DNA of 64,000 nt from an uncultured Candidatus Saccharibacteria bacterium. Its GTDB lineage: Bacteria > Patescibacteriota > Minisyncoccia > Phycocordibacterales > UBA9973. Made by a program: the position numbers and the translations under genes. A model generated the notes under the pieces. That model had not been told where the DNA came from. It made no database searches and saw nothing but the letters and a program-made list of their open reading frames with translations. This document shows positions 8,607-17,667 of the stretch, piece by piece; within the stretch, counting starts at the first letter, position 1, and each line of letters opens with the position of its first letter. The stretch lies in NCBI GenBank assembly GCA_964456475.1, contig CAYVZI010000001.1, positions 11,762 to 75,761 of the forward strand, written 5' to 3'.

Positions 8607-9245
8607 TTAGTATCTATTCCAGTAATAATAAAATAAATATATTGTAATCCCTGTAAACAGATATGATAGAAATATATTTATATAATCTTTGATACTTCTT
8701 GTAATTTCTATTGGGATAGCACCTGGTATTGGTGGAACCCAAGTCATCGTTCTTAATTCAACCGGAAAATACAAAATAATCCATTCCGCTGAAAACAATA
8801 GCTCTTTTTTACCCCATCCCTCAACAAGCCAAACGCATTCGGCAAACTTATTCTCTCCTACGATCTTTTTTGAAGAAAGTTTGAAAGTATAGTGAATTAT
8901 TTCGCCTATACGAACAGGATTTTTGTATTCAATGCGATTATATCCTTTTGAAAGAACCTCCGTTGGTTCTTCAAATTCAAGTGCTTTAAATATATACGAC
9001 TCTGCTTGAGCAACGGAACTAATTCCGTGACGGACATGACCCTTAAATTTTGATTTATAGGCACCAGAAGTAAGAAAATTAATATGAACAGGATTAAGAT
9101 CTCCGGATACCAATCCAAAAATAAATGTCCATATATATCTTATTTTCCGACTCGGTGAATTATAAGTATATTCCTCGGAGAGAGTCATTATCTCTTTAAA
9201 ACTATTTAATTTCATACGAGTTATATTTTGATTATAAAATAACAT
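8607..9245 (-). CDS. MaoC-like hot-dog fold dehydratase with C-terminal TM helix
   Basis: GDLNPVHIN matches the MaoC GDxNPxHxD motif. Hydrophobic C-terminus. Confidence 0.65.
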   Translation of the reverse strand: MLFYNQNITRMKLNSFKEIMTLSEEYTYNSPSRKIRYIWTFIFGLVSGDLNPVHINFLTSGAYKSKFKGHVRHGISSVAQAESYIFKALEFEEPTEVLSKGYNRIEYKNPVRIGEIIHYTFKLSSKKIVGENKFAECVWLVEGWGKKELLFSAEWIILYFPVELRTMTWVPPIPGAIPIEITRSIKDYINIFLSYLFTGITIYLFYYYWNRY

Positions 9246-9449
9246 TATTTATAATTTATGTCAAATACTACAAAAGAATTTGATTTTTTGAGAAAAATAT
9301 GTTCTAATATAGGCATGTTTAAACGCGTTCCAAAAAAGGATTCAAAATTCTCAAAAACTCGTGTTAATTCTTTCCCCGTAACCGGGTTACGGGGGGCTAC
9401 TTCCCGTTCGAATTCCCTATCTAAGACGACTGTTCGAATCAACAAACAT

Positions 9450-10121
9450 ATGGCTGATATTGGCCTTTCTTCTCGTCGTGAAGCCGATGAGCTTATTGCC
9501 TCTGGCAAAGTCCTTGTAAACGGCGTTAAGGCCACTACAGGCATGCAAATTGATCCAAGTGTAGACAAGGTCAAACTGCTCGGCAACCGTCCGCAATCGT
9601 ACGTGTATTATGCCTACAATAAACCTCAGGGTATCGTTACCACTGGAGCTCAAGGTGACGAAGAAGATATTCTCTCCGATACCAATTTCAAGGTACCTGT
9701 GTTCCCTGTCGGACGACTCGACAAGGATTCGCACGGCCTCATCTTGATGACCAACGACCGTCGCATTACACACCGCTTGCTTGATCCCAAGTTTGAACAC
9801 GAAAAAGAATATCGCGTGACGCTCGCCAAGGGTGTGACTCAGTCATTCATCGACAAACTCGAACACGGTATGATCGTGGACAAAGTCCGTACTAAGAGCA
9901 CTCAAATCACTCGCGAAGGCAACAAAGTATTTCGCATTATTTTGAAGGAAGGACGCAATCGTCAGATTCGCAAAATGGTGGAAGCTGCGGGTGACCAAGT
10001 CATGGATCTCATGCGTCTCCGCATTGAACACATCAAACTCGACAATCTTGCGGAAGGTACCTATCGCAACCTCTCAAAAGAAGAACTCCAAAAACTCCTC
10101 AAAAAACTTGGGTTGAAATAA
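9450..10121 (+). CDS. RsuA/RluB-family pseudouridine synthase (S4 domain + catalytic domain)
   Basis: The S4-like start MADIGLSSRREADELIASGKVLVNG is followed by GRLDKDSHGLILMTND. The ORF-track N-terminal extension (9258-9449) contains a GC hairpin and looks non-coding. Confidence 0.8.
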   Translation: MADIGLSSRREADELIASGKVLVNGVKATTGMQIDPSVDKVKLLGNRPQSYVYYAYNKPQGIVTTGAQGDEEDILSDTNFKVPVFPVGRLDKDSHGLILMTNDRRITHRLLDPKFEHEKEYRVTLAKGVTQSFIDKLEHGMIVDKVRTKSTQITREGNKVFRIILKEGRNRQIRKMVEAAGDQVMDLMRLRIEHIKLDNLAEGTYRNLSKEELQKLLKKLGLK

Positions 10122-10133
10122 TTTAGATTATTC

Positions 10134-10162
10134 AAAAACCAACCATTCGGTTGGTTTTTGAA
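10134..10162 (+). terminator. intrinsic terminator
   Basis: aaaaaccaaccattcggttggtttttg. Confidence 0.8.
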
Positions 10163-10211
10163 TTCTGGACAAAATACGATAGTGGTGTAGTATGAAAAAA
10201 AACTGCACCAT

Positions 10212-10595
10212 ATGAAAAGTAACGTATTTAAAAATGGAAGCCTAAGTACACGACTTATGATTCTTGATCTTTGTCGCGAGCAAAAGTTGGCTGTATATCT
10301 GGAATTTACTGAAAATGCTCATGCGTATTTTAAACAAAAGTATCCTAATGAGTATGAGTATTTTCTTCTTGATGCTGATAAAAAGTTTTGTTTTGTTTCG
10401 AGGATTGATAGTGTACGTAAGCCTCAATCAAAATGCACGGTGACTCTTCTTGAATACTCCACGAGTGACGCAGAAACGTATGATGATTCGTGCTACATCG
10501 TAAAGACAACGCCGTCGAATAATAAAGGGTATGTATTAGAAATACCCATTACAATTATCAGCGGAGCAAATATTAGCACTCTGAAAATAAAATAA
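10212..10595 (+). CDS. hypothetical protein
   Basis: 127-aa ORF flanked by terminators. Confidence 0.5.
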   Translation: MKSNVFKNGSLSTRLMILDLCREQKLAVYLEFTENAHAYFKQKYPNEYEYFLLDADKKFCFVSRIDSVRKPQSKCTVTLLEYSTSDAETYDDSCYIVKTTPSNNKGYVLEIPITIISGANISTLKIK

Positions 10596-10605
10596 GTAAG
10601 AAGCA

Positions 10606-10638
10606 GTACGGCCGGTCATTTTTGACCGGCCGTTTTTC
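10606..10638. terminator. bidirectional intrinsic terminator
   Basis: cggccggtcatttttgaccggccg followed by a T-run. Confidence 0.8.
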
Positions 10639-10646
10639 AATAGTTA

Positions 10647-12389
10647 TTACACACGTTCGCCAATTTGTTGGCGCCACATTGCGGAGTAAAGACCTTTTTG
10701 TGCGAGTAAGTCGTCATGCGATCCAGACTCAACTATTTTACCTTTTTCAAGTACATGAATCACATCGGCGTGCATGATTGTAGAGAGTCGATGAGCGATA
10801 AGGATGGTGATATGAGCGCGTACTTTTGAAATATCTTTGATCGTCTTCCCTATCTCCTCTTCAGTGAGCGAATCGAGTGCGGACGTGGCTTCGTCGAAGA
10901 CAAGAATGTTCGGCTCACGAAGGAGCGCGCGTGCGATCGAGAGGCGCTGTTTTTCTCCTCCTGAAACTTTGACCCCGCCTTCGCCTATTACCGTATCGAG
11001 TCCACGACCGCCACGTTCGAGCAAGCCCTGACACTGAGCCTTGCCCAGTGCATCAAGACATTCTTCATCTGTTGCATTTGGATTTACGAAGAGTAGATTC
11101 TCGCGAATGGTGCCGGCAAAGAGTTGGGTATCTTGAGTCACGAATCCTATCTGCTTCCTGAGCTCGTCCTTGGTGATTTTGTCATGAGGGATGCCATTGT
11201 ATGCAACCACACCCGAACTCGGCGTGTAGAGCCCCACAAGCAGTTTTACAAGCGATGTTTTGCCCGAGCCTGATGGGCCAACGAAGACCACGGTTTGTCC
11301 GCGTGCGACTGTGTACGAAATCGAATCAAGTGCGAGATAGTTGGCTGTTTTGTATTGGAAGCAAACATCCTTGAATGCAAGATTTTGCACGGCACCGAGA
11401 GCTGTAGGGTTCTTTGCGACTGGCTCTTTTGGCATATTCATCAGCGTTTCGAAATTGACGAGGGATGCTTCTGCTTCGCGGTAGATTGAAATCACATTGC
11501 CCATTTCTTGCAACGGGTTGAAGATATAGAACGAATAAATATAGAGAGAGAAGAATTGGCCAAACGTGATCGTGCGAGCGTAGATGAGATACAAGAGGAA
11601 GAATAAGATGCCCACACGGATCGCATTGATGACCGTACCCTGGATGAATGAAAGACTGCGAAGATAGCGGAGCTTTTTGAGTTCGAGCTTCAGAATCTTG
11701 TCGGTCGTTGTATTGAGACGATTGATTTCCTGGTCAGCAAGTCCAAGACTTTTTACAAGCTCGATGTTGCGGAGTGATTCGGTAGTCGACCCAGCGAGTG
11801 CGGTCGTTTCGGCAACGATAATCTTCTGAATGTTTTTGATCTTCGTTGAAAGAAGAAGCGAAAGTCCACCGATCGTTGGGATAGTGAGAAGAAATACAAC
11901 TGCAATTCCCCAATAGATATGAATGGCATAGACGGCAACGAATATGAATCCAATCAATGAGACGAAGAGGACATTGATGAGTGAGGCAATCAATTTTTCG
12001 GCATCTGCGCGTGTTTTCTGAAGCTTACCTAGCGTTTCCCCACTACGTTCGTCTTCAAAATTTTCATATGGTAGCGAAAGTGAGTGCGCTACGCCGTCGC
12101 GATAAATGTCGGCACCGACTCGCTGAGATACGCCGTTTAAGAAATAATCCTGGAAGTTCTTGGCGATACGTGAGACAAGCGCCACACCCATACTCGCAAG
12201 AAGAAGTAGGACGACACCATGAAAAAACTCTGCACGTGAGTACAGATCAAACTTGGTAGCATATTCATCAATTACTCGACTAAAAATGTATGGGTCGAGC
12301 AAAGAAAATATTTGGTTTATGGTTGCCAGCACGAGTGTGAGAGTGCAGAGCTTCCAGTACTTTTTGAGATAGCGGTAAAAGATTTTCAT
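10647..12389 (-). CDS. ABC transporter, fused permease/ATPase (MsbA-like exporter)
   Basis: N-terminal 6-TM domain, Walker A GPSGSGKTS, signature LSGGEKQRLSIARAL, Walker B ILVFDEATSALD. Confidence 0.9.
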   Translation of the reverse strand: MKIFYRYLKKYWKLCTLTLVLATINQIFSLLDPYIFSRVIDEYATKFDLYSRAEFFHGVVLLLLASMGVALVSRIAKNFQDYFLNGVSQRVGADIYRDGVAHSLSLPYENFEDERSGETLGKLQKTRADAEKLIASLINVLFVSLIGFIFVAVYAIHIYWGIAVVFLLTIPTIGGLSLLLSTKIKNIQKIIVAETTALAGSTTESLRNIELVKSLGLADQEINRLNTTTDKILKLELKKLRYLRSLSFIQGTVINAIRVGILFFLLYLIYARTITFGQFFSLYIYSFYIFNPLQEMGNVISIYREAEASLVNFETLMNMPKEPVAKNPTALGAVQNLAFKDVCFQYKTANYLALDSISYTVARGQTVVFVGPSGSGKTSLVKLLVGLYTPSSGVVAYNGIPHDKITKDELRKQIGFVTQDTQLFAGTIRENLLFVNPNATDEECLDALGKAQCQGLLERGGRGLDTVIGEGGVKVSGGEKQRLSIARALLREPNILVFDEATSALDSLTEEEIGKTIKDISKVRAHITILIAHRLSTIMHADVIHVLEKGKIVESGSHDDLLAQKGLYSAMWRQQIGERV

Positions 12390-12500
12390 AATTTGAGCCT
12401 AGATTATAGCAGAAAAAATTAGGTAGTTGAAAAATTGACAAAATGCTATTTCAATGTAGTATGACTCATAAATATAGAGTCACATTCAAACATAAAAATT

Positions 12501-12887
12501 ATGGAAGAGATTACTTTTAACCAGATAGTGCAATTCCTAAAAGGTTCGGTTACGAAGAAGCCATATAAGACACCGATTCTTTTAACAAAAAGGATTCTTG
12601 AAGAAAATGAAAAAAGGGTCAAAGAAATTCGATCAACAACATTTTTTTCCTTGATGAAGAAGCATTTTTCCCTAAGTGAAGAAACCACTCCTGACCCAAG
12701 CAATTTAGAAGACACGGAAAGATTTCAGCTGTCCATTGCTGTCTTTTGTTTACACTACACTGAAATGCTGGGCATGAGAGGAAATAATATGCCTGATACA
12801 TACGACTATACATCATGGCGACATTGGTTTAGTACCAATATAGTGTTTCCTCCTCGTCACAAAAATTATTCAAAAAGGAGAGTTTGA
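12501..12887 (+). CDS. hypothetical protein
   Basis: 128-aa ORF followed by a terminator. Confidence 0.5.
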   Translation: MEEITFNQIVQFLKGSVTKKPYKTPILLTKRILEENEKRVKEIRSTTFFSLMKKHFSLSEETTPDPSNLEDTERFQLSIAVFCLHYTEMLGMRGNNMPDTYDYTSWRHWFSTNIVFPPRHKNYSKRRV

Positions 12888-12900
12888 ACATAAATAATAG

Positions 12901-12927
12901 TAATACCGCTCATCCAGCGGTATTTTT
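12901..12927. terminator. bidirectional intrinsic terminator
   Basis: aataccgctcatccagcggtatttttt. Confidence 0.75.
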
Positions 12928-12939
12928 TATAAACAAAAA

Positions 12940-13506
12940 CTAATACTTACGAATGACTCCGCGGACGATTGCGCGGATTTGCAAATCATTTTCGGGATAC
13001 ATCGGTTTGAAAAGTTTGTTGGCTGGTTCGAGCCAGACCTTGTCCCCTTTCTTTCGAAAATATTTCATAGTGAATTCTCCATCGATTTCGGCAATCACAA
13101 TTTCGCCATCTTTTGCATTGTCGGCACGTTCGGCAATGACCATGTCACCGTCGGCAATGTGTGCTTCAATCATGGATTCACCGTCCACCTCCATGATGAA
13201 AGTCTTGTCCTTTTTTTGTATCAAAAAATTGTCGATGTTTATCGTTGTCTCAAGCACGTCTTCACCTGGTGATGGAAAACCAGCTTTAACGAGACCAAGT
13301 ATTGGGGTTTCGTTAAATGCACTAGCAGGCAAAAGTCGCCCGAGGGAATCCTTGGTGACCATGCCTGCGTCTATGAGCTTATCTACAAGTCGAGCGACTG
13401 CATTCTTGGATTTGAATCCAAAAAGTTTGAGCATTTCCGAATACGTGGGCATTCGGCGTTCTCGGTCATAGAATTTGAGAAGTATGTTTTTGTAATCGTT
13501 TTGCAT
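12940..13506 (-). CDS. lexA: LexA repressor (S24 peptidase)
   Basis: N-terminal wHTH ...MPTYSEMLKLFGFKSKNAVARLVDKLIDAGMV and C-terminal S24 domain GESMIEAHIADGDMVIAE...KYFRKKG. The probable start is MQNDYK rather than the longest ORF. Confidence 0.85.
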   Translation of the reverse strand: MQNDYKNILLKFYDRERRMPTYSEMLKLFGFKSKNAVARLVDKLIDAGMVTKDSLGRLLPASAFNETPILGLVKAGFPSPGEDVLETTINIDNFLIQKKDKTFIMEVDGESMIEAHIADGDMVIAERADNAKDGEIVIAEIDGEFTMKYFRKKGDKVWLEPANKLFKPMYPENDLQIRAIVRGVIRKY

Positions 13507-13564
13507 TGGTTTAATAAATTTCAGAATCAAATGCAATTCGAGGCGCAATTGAGATTGTGACTAA

Positions 13565-13583
13565 AATGTACTACCTGTACATT
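13565..13583. promoter_or_regulatory. palindrome AATGTAC-N5-GTACATT upstream of lexA, a candidate operator
   Basis: Perfect 7-bp arms lying less than 60 bp upstream of the lexA start. Confidence 0.4.
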
Positions 13584-13637
13584 GCAGAAGCAAACGAATG
13601 CGGCAACAAAGAAGTGCGTTGATTGTGGAATTTATAA

Positions 13638-13907
13638 TTAGAATGAGAAAACTCGTGGCAATAATCTACTAAAAAATGTACTTGGAGTATTTTGTCGGAT
13701 TTTTTTCAAAAGAAGTTTGTGATCGTGAGCCTCCTTTGAATATTCCAAACCATGCACAATCTTGTAGTCGATAACTTTGTTGATTCTCTGCAATTCTTTC
13801 TCAATTAACTTGAGATATTCTTGATGCTTCATAAAACTTCTTTTGAACTTGCATAAATAGCACATTTCTTTGTTGCTTCGCTCGTTCCCTCCTGCAATGT
13901 ACGTCAC
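13638..13907 (-). CDS. hypothetical small basic protein upstream of lexA
   Basis: 89-aa ORF (GTG start, or a 75-aa ATG variant) co-directional with lexA and preceded by the GAAC-N4-GTTC palindrome. The gene call is uncertain. Confidence 0.35.
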   Translation of the reverse strand: MTYIAGGNERSNKEMCYLCKFKRSFMKHQEYLKLIEKELQRINKVIDYKIVHGLEYSKEAHDHKLLLKKIRQNTPSTFFSRLLPRVFSF

Positions 13908-14006
13908 AGTATATTTTAGTCGGAAGCCTCACTCGCGCCGCGAACTGTATCTATTTATGAAAGTTCAACTGTTATTTCTTATAATCCGACCGTGCCTATA
14001 TCATAT

Positions 14007-14022
14007 GTGAACGTTCGTTCAC
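14007..14022. promoter_or_regulatory. 16-bp perfect palindrome GTGAACGTTCGTTCAC, a Cheo-box-like candidate SOS operator
   Basis: Seen directly. It is the only 16-bp perfect GC-containing palindrome in this intergenic region. It lies about 100 bp upstream of the small ORF and lexA. Confidence 0.45.
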
Positions 14023-14093
14023 AAGCAAGTGTGGATAAGTAAAATGACACAGTATATTTGCAATGAAAAGCATCAATCGAAACAACACTGAAG

Positions 14094-15245
14094 TTACTTG
14101 GCTTTTTTGACAGCGTTTGCGATTGCTTTGACGACACGCTTATCAAAAGCATCGGGAATAATATATTTTTTGCTCAATTTGTTTTTTGGGACAAGATTTG
14201 CGAGTGCAAGTGCAGCTGCAACTTTCATTTTGTCAGTGATTTGTGAGACTTGTGCATCAAGCACTCCACGGAATAATCCAGGAAACACGAGTACGTTATT
14301 GATCTGATTTGGATAGTCAGAACGACCAGTGCCAAATACGGCAACTTTTGATTTTATAGCTTCTTCGTACGAAATTTCGGGTGTTGGATTGGCCATCGCA
14401 AAAATAATCGGATTGTCATTCATTGTTGCCACATCTTCCTTGGTGAGTAGATTGCCTGATGATACGCCAATAAACACATCGGCTTCAGCGATTGCGTCAG
14501 CGAGTGTGCCTATACGTTTGTTGCCGTTGGTCGTACGAGCGATAAGGAGTTTGTGTGCATCAAGATCGGTGCGATGTGTGCCAATAATCCCCTTTCGATC
14601 AAGTAGAATGATATTTTTCGGATCAAAACCAGCGACAGTGAGCAGATGAAATACTGCTTGGGCTGCTGCTCCTGCACCGCTTATAACAATAGATACATGC
14701 TTGGTCTTCTTTACGACCTTGAGCGCATTGGTGAGAGCAGAAAGAAGTACAATTGCAGTTCCATGCTGATCATCGTGAAAGACAGGAATAGATAATTCTT
14801 GTTTGAGTCGTTCTTCGATTTCAAAACAACGTGGAGCTGAAATATCTTCGAGATTTATTCCGCCGAAGACTGGAGCGATATTCTTGATTGTTTGAATAAT
14901 TTCCTCAACATCTTGCGTTGCAAGACAAATAGGAAAAGCATCAACATTTGCAAATTGCTTAAATAAAAGTGCTTTGCCTTCCATGACTGGAAGTGCAGCC
15001 TCGGGGCCGATGTTGCCAAGACCAAGCACTGCAGAGCCATCAGTAACGACAGCAATGGTATTGGCTTTGATTGTATGAGTGTAAGCTGCTTTTGGGTTCT
15101 CGTGAATGTAAGAAGAAACTGCTGCCACTCCCGGAGTATATGCGATGGCGAGATCTTGTTTATTGCGAACTGAAACCGTGCCTTTAAGGGCAATCTTACC
15201 TTTGTGTTTTTTGTGTAATGCGAGCGATGCTTTTCCGTAATTCAT
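14094..15245 (-). CDS. NAD(P)-dependent malic enzyme
   Basis: [14 protein letters not shown]...YTPGVAAV plus a Rossmann GAGAAA and other malic-enzyme motifs. The probable start is MNYGKAS, which has an AGGATAG SD. Confidence 0.85.
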   Translation of the reverse strand: MNYGKASLALHKKHKGKIALKGTVSVRNKQDLAIAYTPGVAAVSSYIHENPKAAYTHTIKANTIAVVTDGSAVLGLGNIGPEAALPVMEGKALLFKQFANVDAFPICLATQDVEEIIQTIKNIAPVFGGINLEDISAPRCFEIEERLKQELSIPVFHDDQHGTAIVLLSALTNALKVVKKTKHVSIVISGAGAAAQAVFHLLTVAGFDPKNIILLDRKGIIGTHRTDLDAHKLLIARTTNGNKRIGTLADAIAEADVFIGVSSGNLLTKEDVATMNDNPIIFAMANPTPEISYEEAIKSKVAVFGTGRSDYPNQINNVLVFPGLFRGVLDAQVSQITDKMKVAAALALANLVPKNKLSKKYIIPDAFDKRVVKAIANAVKKAK

Positions 15246-15329
15246 AAAGACTATCCTAACATTTTGAATATAAAAAAACACCCCACTAATCTAAAAGAAT
15301 AGATGGGGCGTTGTATACAAACATATTTT

Positions 15330-15584
15330 TTAAATTGTTTCAGGATGGGCTCCTGAGAGTGTGTCTCTGTTTTTTGCTTCTCCGGCAGCTTTCATCAACC
15401 TAACAAACGGCATGACGATCATCACTATCCCAACAAAAATAGGAATAACAGCCATTGACTGTTGCAACTTAGGATAAGCTGCCCTAATCTGGCCGAAATT
15501 TGTGTAAAAAAGAAATCCGGCAGCAATAAACATAACACCGAATGCAATATAAACGATTTTCGAAAATAATCTTGACTTTTTCAT
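15330..15584 (-). CDS. small membrane protein (2 TM)
   Basis: 84 aa with two hydrophobic helices. Confidence 0.5.
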   Translation of the reverse strand: MKKSRLFSKIVYIAFGVMFIAAGFLFYTNFGQIRAAYPKLQQSMAVIPIFVGIVMIVMPFVRLMKAAGEAKNRDTLSGAHPETI

Positions 15585-15634
15585 AGTATGGACGTTTTTC
15601 TTGAGTGTACGCTTATCCTAAAATCTGTCAATAC

Positions 15635-16519
15635 CTATGGGAAGAACACCCGAAGCTCATCTGATTCATAAAATTTGGCACCGAGCTCTCCATATGTGAT
15701 ATTTTGTCCGCCTGTTGTAATGAGAGATCCACCAACCAGCGGGTTTGCTTTGGGTTTTGAAGATTGAAATCCGAGATTAAACAGCGTTACAATCACTCCA
15801 GGATTTGTGCTGATATCAAACCCAGTGTTTGCCCACTGTGTTTCGATTTCCTTTATATACAGAGCCGTGTAGAGGTATTGGTAGTAGTGATTTTTGTCAT
15901 CGGTAAGACGATTATACAATTCTGTACTATGATTCACGCCCGGTGCGTATATGATAAGAGTATTCATCCCGTCACCTGGATAAAAAGGAGAGGTTGGATC
16001 ACTTGCGTACTTCTCGATTTTTTCGGCAGTTTCTTGCTTGATACCTGAAACGCCCAATGAAAATTGTGATAGCGAACCAAGAATTTTAAGTGGTTCAAAG
16101 TATCGTTTAAATACTTCCCTATTTGCAGTGAAGAATCGAATCTGTTCCGGGACGACGACTGACGCAATCATGCGAGCCGAAACACCTGTCTCTACTGAAA
16201 CTCGCTGAATAATCCCCGCGTCTTTTTCAAGTCCACCTTTGACCACTTGCCATTCGGGTGTTCTGTTCCACTCACAGATTTTCTCATTATCAGTACAAGG
16301 TGGTGTGGCAATCGTAGCGGTATTTTTTGCTGGTTTTTGGAAAAATGAGTTGCGTGAAGATATTGATCCTTTTACATTAAATACGCCAAGTTGCATGCCG
16401 AAATAGACAGCAGTAAATACAACGCCGACAAGTGCAAATAGAGATACAATAATTTTAAAAAGAGATTTCCAAGCTGAATTCATGTAATCGGAGTATACCT
16501 GTGAAGAATTTTTTTGCAA
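15635..16519 (-). CDS. hypothetical membrane-anchored protein
   Basis: N-terminal TM helix followed by a ~250-aa extracytoplasmic domain. Confidence 0.55.
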   Translation of the reverse strand: MQKNSSQVYSDYMNSAWKSLFKIIVSLFALVGVVFTAVYFGMQLGVFNVKGSISSRNSFFQKPAKNTATIATPPCTDNEKICEWNRTPEWQVVKGGLEKDAGIIQRVSVETGVSARMIASVVVPEQIRFFTANREVFKRYFEPLKILGSLSQFSLGVSGIKQETAEKIEKYASDPTSPFYPGDGMNTLIIYAPGVNHSTELYNRLTDDKNHYYQYLYTALYIKEIETQWANTGFDISTNPGVIVTLFNLGFQSSKPKANPLVGGSLITTGGQNITYGELGAKFYESDELRVFFP

Positions 16520-16538
16520 AAAAATTCTAATTCAACGA

Positions 16539-17648
16539 TTATTTTATAGCAGTGTAAAGCGTTGGTACCGTGTCTTGCACTATCACTTCAAATCGAATAC
16601 GGCCAACAACTTGCCCATTTTGAGTTCGCACTGTTACTCGCCATTGTCCCGAATTAAGTCTGGTGATCATTGAATATGTACGATATCCATTGATTCTACC
16701 GCCAGAAACACCAAGAGCGATTTTTTCCTGCGTAGTCCATTTATTTGCACGTGTATCATACCACTGCCATTCATGAATAATTTTGGTGTTGAATGATATT
16801 GGTGAAAAAATTGCACTATATGCGTAGATTGGACTACTGGGAACAACATGAACCACCTCTTTCTTTTTGAAAAGTGACATGCTTGAATTGATATCCTGAT
16901 TTTCCTGCCTAACCACATAGCCACCTGAAGAATTTCGGGAAACTGCATGATAAATGCCCGAATCAAGGACGAGAAGCGGTAGTGGAGGAATACTATTGGT
17001 AAAATACAAAAGACCCACCACACATGAGATTCCGATCGTAACACCGGCAATAATTTTTCGGCTCTTTTTCAAGCGAGTTTTGTTTGCAAGCCAAAGAATA
17101 AAAAGAAAGAGGAATAACACGACACAACTAATGGCCCAACTTAGCACAAAAATCCATGGTCCGATTCTGTGTGTAATGACTGGTACAAAAAAGATGCTGA
17201 AGGTGAGGAGCGAAAGAAAGAAAATACCCATCTGAAATCCCATGCGGACATAATTCTTTTTCAATGCTTCACTTGCAAGGAGTGCAATTACAAGAACGAG
17301 AAGAAATGGCCACGCAACGCCGAAAACTGCACCTCGAAAATAGAAAATGAGATATGTTGAAAGTATGCCTCCAAAGAGAAATTGGAGAATTGTGGTCGCC
17401 CAAAAGTGCAATCGCGCCAAACCCTCGTCTGATTTTTCTGAAATCTCATGTTTGGCTTGTTGTCTATGCAAAATAACGATACAAATTGCAACTGCGACGA
17501 GCTGGATACCGATGAGTATATTCTCAAAGATCTTGTCGACACGAGTGAGCGTCAGTGACCCCACAAAAAATCCAACAATAAGGGAAATGGAAGATATTGG
17601 TTTCTCAAATCGAGAGTACCAGGAAATAATTTTCTTTATATGTCGCAT
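16539..17648 (-). CDS. hypothetical polytopic membrane protein with C-terminal soluble domain
   Basis: About 6-7 predicted TM helices over the first ~220 aa. Confidence 0.55.
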   Translation of the reverse strand: MRHIKKIISWYSRFEKPISSISLIVGFFVGSLTLTRVDKIFENILIGIQLVAVAICIVILHRQQAKHEISEKSDEGLARLHFWATTILQFLFGGILSTYLIFYFRGAVFGVAWPFLLVLVIALLASEALKKNYVRMGFQMGIFFLSLLTFSIFFVPVITHRIGPWIFVLSWAISCVVLFLFLFILWLANKTRLKKSRKIIAGVTIGISCVVGLLYFTNSIPPLPLLVLDSGIYHAVSRNSSGGYVVRQENQDINSSMSLFKKKEVVHVVPSSPIYAYSAIFSPISFNTKIIHEWQWYDTRANKWTTQEKIALGVSGGRINGYRTYSMITRLNSGQWRVTVRTQNGQVVGRIRFEVIVQDTVPTLYTAIK

Positions 17649-17667
17649 ATTGCTTATTCAACAAAGA

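Noticed and set aside
9395-9440. Possible tRNA (ttcgaattcc T-loop-like string)
   Set aside because: No acceptor or anticodon stem pairing can be built around it, and no tRNA was evident in any intergenic region by eye. A tRNAscan run would be needed to be sure.
9258-9449. N-terminal 64-aa extension of the pseudouridine synthase ORF
   Set aside because: The extension is translated through a GC-rich hairpin (ccccgtaaccgggttacgggggg) and has no similarity to known domains. The conserved S4-domain start MADIGLSS begins at 9450.
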